Assembly (NCBI GenBank): GCA_003971905.1
Contig: RSEE01000151.1
Span: 62,001-118,204, forward strand
Source of the DNA: Moniliella sp. 'wahieum'
Taxonomy: Eukaryota
Length of the DNA: 56,204 nucleotides
Direction of reading: 5' to 3'
Under the pieces are notes generated by a model that searched no databases, had not been told where the DNA came from, and saw only the letters and a list, made by a program, of their open reading frames with translations. Both the position numbers and the translations under genes were made by a program. Below, in pieces: positions 51,340-56,204 of the stretch (the first letter of the stretch is position 1; each line of letters opens with the position of its first letter).

Positions 51340-53640
51340 CACACACCTTTCAGGACAAACAAACCCCACTCGAAACGGTGCAGAATTGAGCTTTTGGCGC
51401 ACAAATGCATGTTTGCGGTGGTGCAGCTGGTGGTCGCCGTGTTGAATGCAGGTCCACTTCTTGTCCTCGTTGCATACCGTCTCGTCTACTTTTCGTCGGT
51501 TGCGAGCGCAACTGCACTCAGATCGTGCACGCGGCTGAGATCTTTCCAGCAAGCCAAACCGCACCGGAATTGGTTCAGACTGAGCTCTGTACACCCAATG
51601 ATGCTGTATGATGGTGCATCTTATAGCATAGCACAGTTGTAATATACGGTGTGCATCCGGTCCTCGTTGCATACCGCCCCTTTCATTTTTGGCCGCATAC
51701 AAGCGCAACTGCACTCAGATCGTGCACGCGGCCGAGATCTTTCAGGCAAGCCAAACCGCACCGCAATTGGTGCAGAACTGAGGTCTACACACCCAAATGA
51801 AGTTTGGGGATGGTTGAGATATACAAGTGTTGAATATATGATGCGCATCCGGTCCTCGTTGCATACCGGCACATCTCATTTTTGCCGCATACAAGCGCAA
51901 CTGGCCTCATATCAATCCCGCTGCTGAGATCTACTCGGGGAGCCAAACCGCACCGCAATTGGTGCAGAACTGAGGTCTGTACACCCAAATGAAGGTTGGG
52001 GATGGTCAGATATACAAGTGGTGAATATTGGTGTGCATCCGGTCCTCGTTGCAAACCGCCGGATTTATTTCTGGCCGCATACAAGTGCAACTGCCCTCAT
52101 ATCAATCCCGCTGCTGAGATCTTTCAGGCAAGCCAAACCGCACCGCAATTGGTGCAGAAATGAGGTCTGTACACTCAAATGAAGTTTGGGGTGGTCAGAT
52201 ATACAAGCGTTGAATATATGATGCGCATCCACTGCTCGTTGCATACCGCCGGATTTATTTCTGGCCGCATACAATGCAACTGCCCTCATATCAATCCCGC
52301 GCTGAGATCTTTCAGGCAAGCCAAACCGCACCGCAATTGGTGCAGAAATGAGGTCTGTACACTCAAATGAAGTTTGGGGATGGTCAGATATACAAGCGTT
52401 GAATATGATGCGCATCCACTGCTCGTTGCATACCGCCGGATTTATTTCTGGCCGCATACAAGTGCAACTGCCCTCATATCAATCCCGCTGCTGAGATCTT
52501 TCAGGCAAGCCAAACCGCACCGCAATTGGTGCAGAAATGAGGTCTGTACACTCAAATGAAGTTTGGGGATGGTCAGATATACAAGCGTTGATATATGGTG
52601 TGCATCCGGTCCTCGTTGCAAACCGCCGGATTTATTTCTGGTCGCATCGAAGAGCAACTGCCCTCATATTGATCCCGCTGCTGAGATCTGCTCGGGGAGC
52701 CAAACCGCTTCACAATTGATGCGGAACTGAGGTCTACACACCCAAATGAAGTGTGCGGGGCATGCGTTGGTACTATAATGGTCCGCGTCCGCTCGATGTT
52801 GCATGCACTCAGATTTATTTTTTGGCCGGATCGCCAGTTGGATGCACTCAGGTGGTGCATGGGGCTAATATCTTGCCGGGAAGCCAAACCCTTCCAGATT
52901 CGTGCAGAATTGAGGTCTGCACACCCACATGTAGTCTTGGCATGGGCATATTCGCCCCATATCGTCGAAGTTCCATTTTCCATCCGTTCGTGCTCTGTCA
53001 ATTTTCGTTGGATCCGAGATTGTAGACGCACACACGGTGCTCCTGGATGAGATCTTTCATGGAGCTAACGCTTGTCCCGGTCCTGCAGAGATGAGGTCTA
53101 CACACGCCCAAATCGCTACGTGATGGTGCACAGTTGGTCAAAATGGTCGCCGTCCAATGATCATTCCCGCCGTGCTTCTCCAATTTTGATCGGATCCCAG
53201 CTTGGATGCACTCCATTTGTGCGCGTGGCCGAGCTCTTTCAGGGGAGCCAAACCGCTCCGGGCTGAGTGCAGGACCGAGGCCGTGATGCTACAAAACCGC
53301 ACGCACCAGGGCGGAGCAGCATCAAACCGCGCAATGTACCCGCCGCCCGCACACCTCCCAACTGGCTGCCATGGTAGAATAAACACATGTAGCATGTACT
53401 CCCGATTGAGCTCTTTCAGGAAAGCTGAGGCGCTTGCGGAGTGGACCAGAGTTGAGGTCTGCACGCGTCCAAGTAGCCAAGGGTTGAAACGGCGCAGTGT
53501 CGCGCTTACTGCCGCTGGTGCTGCGCGAAATCTGAGCAGATTTGAATCGAGTCAGTTGCAAATTGTTCTCCCGAGTGATATCGTTCAGGGGAGCTGCTGC
53601 GGTTGCGAATTGGCCCAGAATGGGGGTTTGCACACGTACC
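51340..53640. repeat. ~190-bp tandem satellite, ~13 units, homogeneous core with diverged flanks
   Basis: Anchor GAGATCT(TTCAGG)...AGCCAAACC...TGAGGTCT..ACAC.CAAATG recurs at ~51343, 51537, 51734, 51926, 52116, 52304, 52493, 52683, 52867, 53049, 53231, 53408 and 53577. Confidence 0.93.
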
Positions 53641-54034
53641 TGTACGTGCGGGCGGGGCGATGGCAGGCCGGTGCGGCCGAGTGGCTGAGTTGATGCTGGC
53701 GGTGCTCGTGCAGTTGGGCTTGGAGTGGGGCATGGGTGGCGCGCAGGTGTGGGTGTGGGAGTGCTCGGTGCGATGCACGCGTGCGGGGTGTGGGGCGGGG
53801 CGCACAGGCGGCGCAGGGCGGGGTGGCGTTGGGTGGGTGCGATGGTGGGGCTGGTGGATTTGGGATGCGATGGGCGGCGGACGGATCGGCGGCGGAGGAG
53901 GCGTGGATCGCGTGATCGATGATCGATGAGCGACGACGCCTCCGAGTTAAACGGGAATCGTAACTAGTAATTGCGGTGCACGGACGTAGCGGACGGTGAT
54001 TGGGGTGGTGGATGGGTGAGCGTGTGCTGAGTTG

Positions 54035-54060
54035 GCTTGAAGCTTGAAGCTTGAAGCTTG
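54035..54060. repeat. (TGA-AGCT)n heptamer microsatellite
   Basis: GCTTGAAGCTTGAAGCTTGAAGCTTG. Confidence 0.85.
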
Positions 54061-54133
54061 GGTGGCGATCGCCGCAGCTGGCTTTGGCCCACCACCCGCC
54101 GCTGGGCCGAGCCGAGCCGAGCGTAGCCTGGCG

Positions 54134-54680
54134 CCCCAAGGTCTGTCTGTTGCCTCGTCATTCCCCGATCAGCGCCTCCTTTTCGCGTCTCCTGTGCTTT
54201 TGCCACGCCCGTCGGCCACACACTCACTCTCTCTGTTCTGTGTCTTCTGTCTGTCCAGCCCCTGCCCCCCTTCCGCGCGTCTTCCACTCCCACCTGCCCC
54301 CCCCCCCCCCCCCCCCTGCCGCCCCCCTGCCGCCGCCTCGCCCGCACCCTCGCTCGCGCCATCCCCACCCTCGCTCGCTCCATCCCCACCCTCCCTCGCC
54401 CATTACCAAGCGCACCATGCAGCAATCCCACGGCTCCCCATTCCGATGCGCCCGCCCACCTTCCTTTTTACCGTCCACCCTCTGCCCCCCTCGCCACCCG
54501 CCACCCCCCATCACCATCCCCACCCTCGCTTCGACCATCCCCACTCTCGCTCGCCCATTGCCAAGCGCACCATGCCAAGGTCTGTTGCCTCGTCATCCCC
54601 CAATCTCTGCCTTCTCCTCTCCCGTGCTTCTGCCATCCGCCCCAGCCACACACTGACCCCCCTGCTCTGTGTGCCCGTCC
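54134..54680. repeat. Diverged direct repeat (~105 bp, copies ~440 bp apart) in a C-rich tract
   Basis: CCAAGGTCTG...TTGCCTCGTCAT.CCC...GTGCTT.TGCCA...GCCACACACT at ~54135-54245 and ~54575-54676. Confidence 0.7.
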
Positions 54681-56036
54681 ACGCGCCTGCCTGTGCCTGT
54701 GTCTTCTCATTCCCCCCTGCCGCCCACTCGCCCGCCTGCGCTCCCTCCCCCGCCTCTCCCCGCCCTGGCCACGCCCACGTCGGCCCCCCCCCCCCCGCTG
54801 CGGGCATGTGCAGGCAGACCATGGTTCATGCCTCGTGGCCCATGCGACGGCGCTGGCGATCCGATCTGGGCATCCTCACCCGCTCGCCCGCCCCTCGTCA
54901 CACCCCGCCTTGCCCCATCACCCTTCTCGGCTCGGGCATGTGTGCTCTTGGGTATGTGCAGGCAGAACATGGTGCAGCCCCCTGGGCCCGTCTCTTCAGT
55001 GCCATGCCACGCCGCGTCTGCCGTGTCCCTGCCCTCACCTGACTCTCTCTCTTCTCTGCCGTCTGCCCAGCCACTGCCCCACCGGTGCGGCCAAGCTTGT
55101 TCGCTCATAGACACTAGCAATGATTCTATGGTGTTACATGTTGAGTCGCGGGCAAATCATAGTATTCCAGACCTGTACGCTTCGCGATCAGGTACTTGCA
55201 AGTTACGGTGACAAGGCGCCTCCCTCGTCGGCAAAGCCTCCATCGCACGGAAAATGAGTGGTTCTTCCTCTTCCCGCTCCACACTACGCGGCTGAGTGGC
55301 ACCCGTCGTTTCCTCCACATTGTCCCTCATTAAGTCGTCTTCGTACAAGATAGGACGGGGCTCTGCATGGAGAGCGAGGGCTGTACGCCAACTCACCCCA
55401 TACAAGCGCCATACGGCAGAAGCAGCTAAGTGGTGTTGTTATAATGCCTGGATGTGCACGTGTTGTCTCCCCCGTTTTAATACGGAAACGGTACTTGCGA
55501 CCATGGTACATACGGATTTGCGAACGTGGACGAAGGCTCGCGCACGGGGCCGACGTCGCTTTGGCCCGTTGAGGATCCACCCTGATCGGTAGTAGGTTGG
55601 TCGGTAGTAGGTTGGTCCCCACCGTACCAGCACCACTGTCCCCACCTTACCAGAACGCCCGCGACGACCTCGAGGTTGCACGACTCGACGCGCACCGCTG
55701 GATCTCATGACTCCCGCTGCACTTCCGGCAGGTGTTGAGCAGGGCCGCGGGTGCGTGGTTTCTAGCTCATCACCGGGACCAGAGGGCGGGGATGGAACGG
55801 TCGGGCGTAGGCCGGACACGCTCGATAGCCTCTTGATTCAGGTCCTCCTCTGCGTCACAACAGCATCCTCCATTACCTCCACCACATCGGCAAGGTCGGT
55901 GTCTCATGGACCACGTCCCGCTGTATGCCAGATGCTTGAAGCGCCTCAATGAGATGTTCCATCGCCACCACATCGGCATGGGAGATGCCACATGAACCAT
56001 CTCGGTATCTGGCCTGGCTTCTTGCCGCGCCCTGGT

Positions 56037-56153
56037 GCCACATCCATCACTTCTGTGCATCCTCGATCGGTGGCATGTCACCAAGGCCATGGTCTTGTAC
56101 GTCTCGGGCACCACATCCATTCCCGCTGGTGCATCCTCGATCGGTGGCATGTC
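56037..56153 (-). repeat. 74-bp-period duplicated segment, possibly coding (DMPPIEDA..MDV) in a degraded ORF running off the window
   Basis: CCACATCCAT...GTGCATCCTCGATCGGTGGCATGTC occurs twice (anchors 56057 and 56131). Confidence 0.6.
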
Positions 56154-56204
56154 GTCAAGACCGTAGTCAGCCCGCCTCTTGGATCGGCAAAGTGGCGTCC
56201 CGCG

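Noticed and set aside
53585..55211. Long Pro/Gly-rich ORFs (e.g. 54044..55042)
   Set aside because: They arise from C-rich/G-rich low-complexity and repeated DNA, with no domain-like content.

Overview
GC-rich eukaryotic (fungal, most likely basidiomycete/smut-like) genomic DNA with short GT-AG introns and C-rich leaders before ATGs. Many 1-bp indels break otherwise intact conserved genes, best explained as unpolished long-read errors. Genes in order: a hypothetical tail-anchored protein (-), a DUF2985 membrane protein (-), ABCF ATPase ARB1/ABCF2 (+), an NCS1 nucleobase permease (+), a Zn(II)2Cys6 transcription factor (-), RAD16 (-), dynactin p27/DCTN6 (-), TPI1 (+), a bacterial-type DJ-1/PfpI gene carrying an intron (+), dynactin p25/DCTN5 (-) and a secreted type-B carboxylesterase (+). 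A decayed Ty3/gypsy retrotransposon and a probable solo LTR lie at about 10.9-16.2 kb. The last ~11 kb is gene-poor, with telomere-like G-tracts and 40-bp, 177-bp and ~190-bp tandem repeats. The most striking unexplained signal is an intergenic 7-bp 'grammar': TNA (mostly TGA/TCA) followed by a 4-bp palindrome, repeated in phase, using at least 13 different palindromic spacers across the window.
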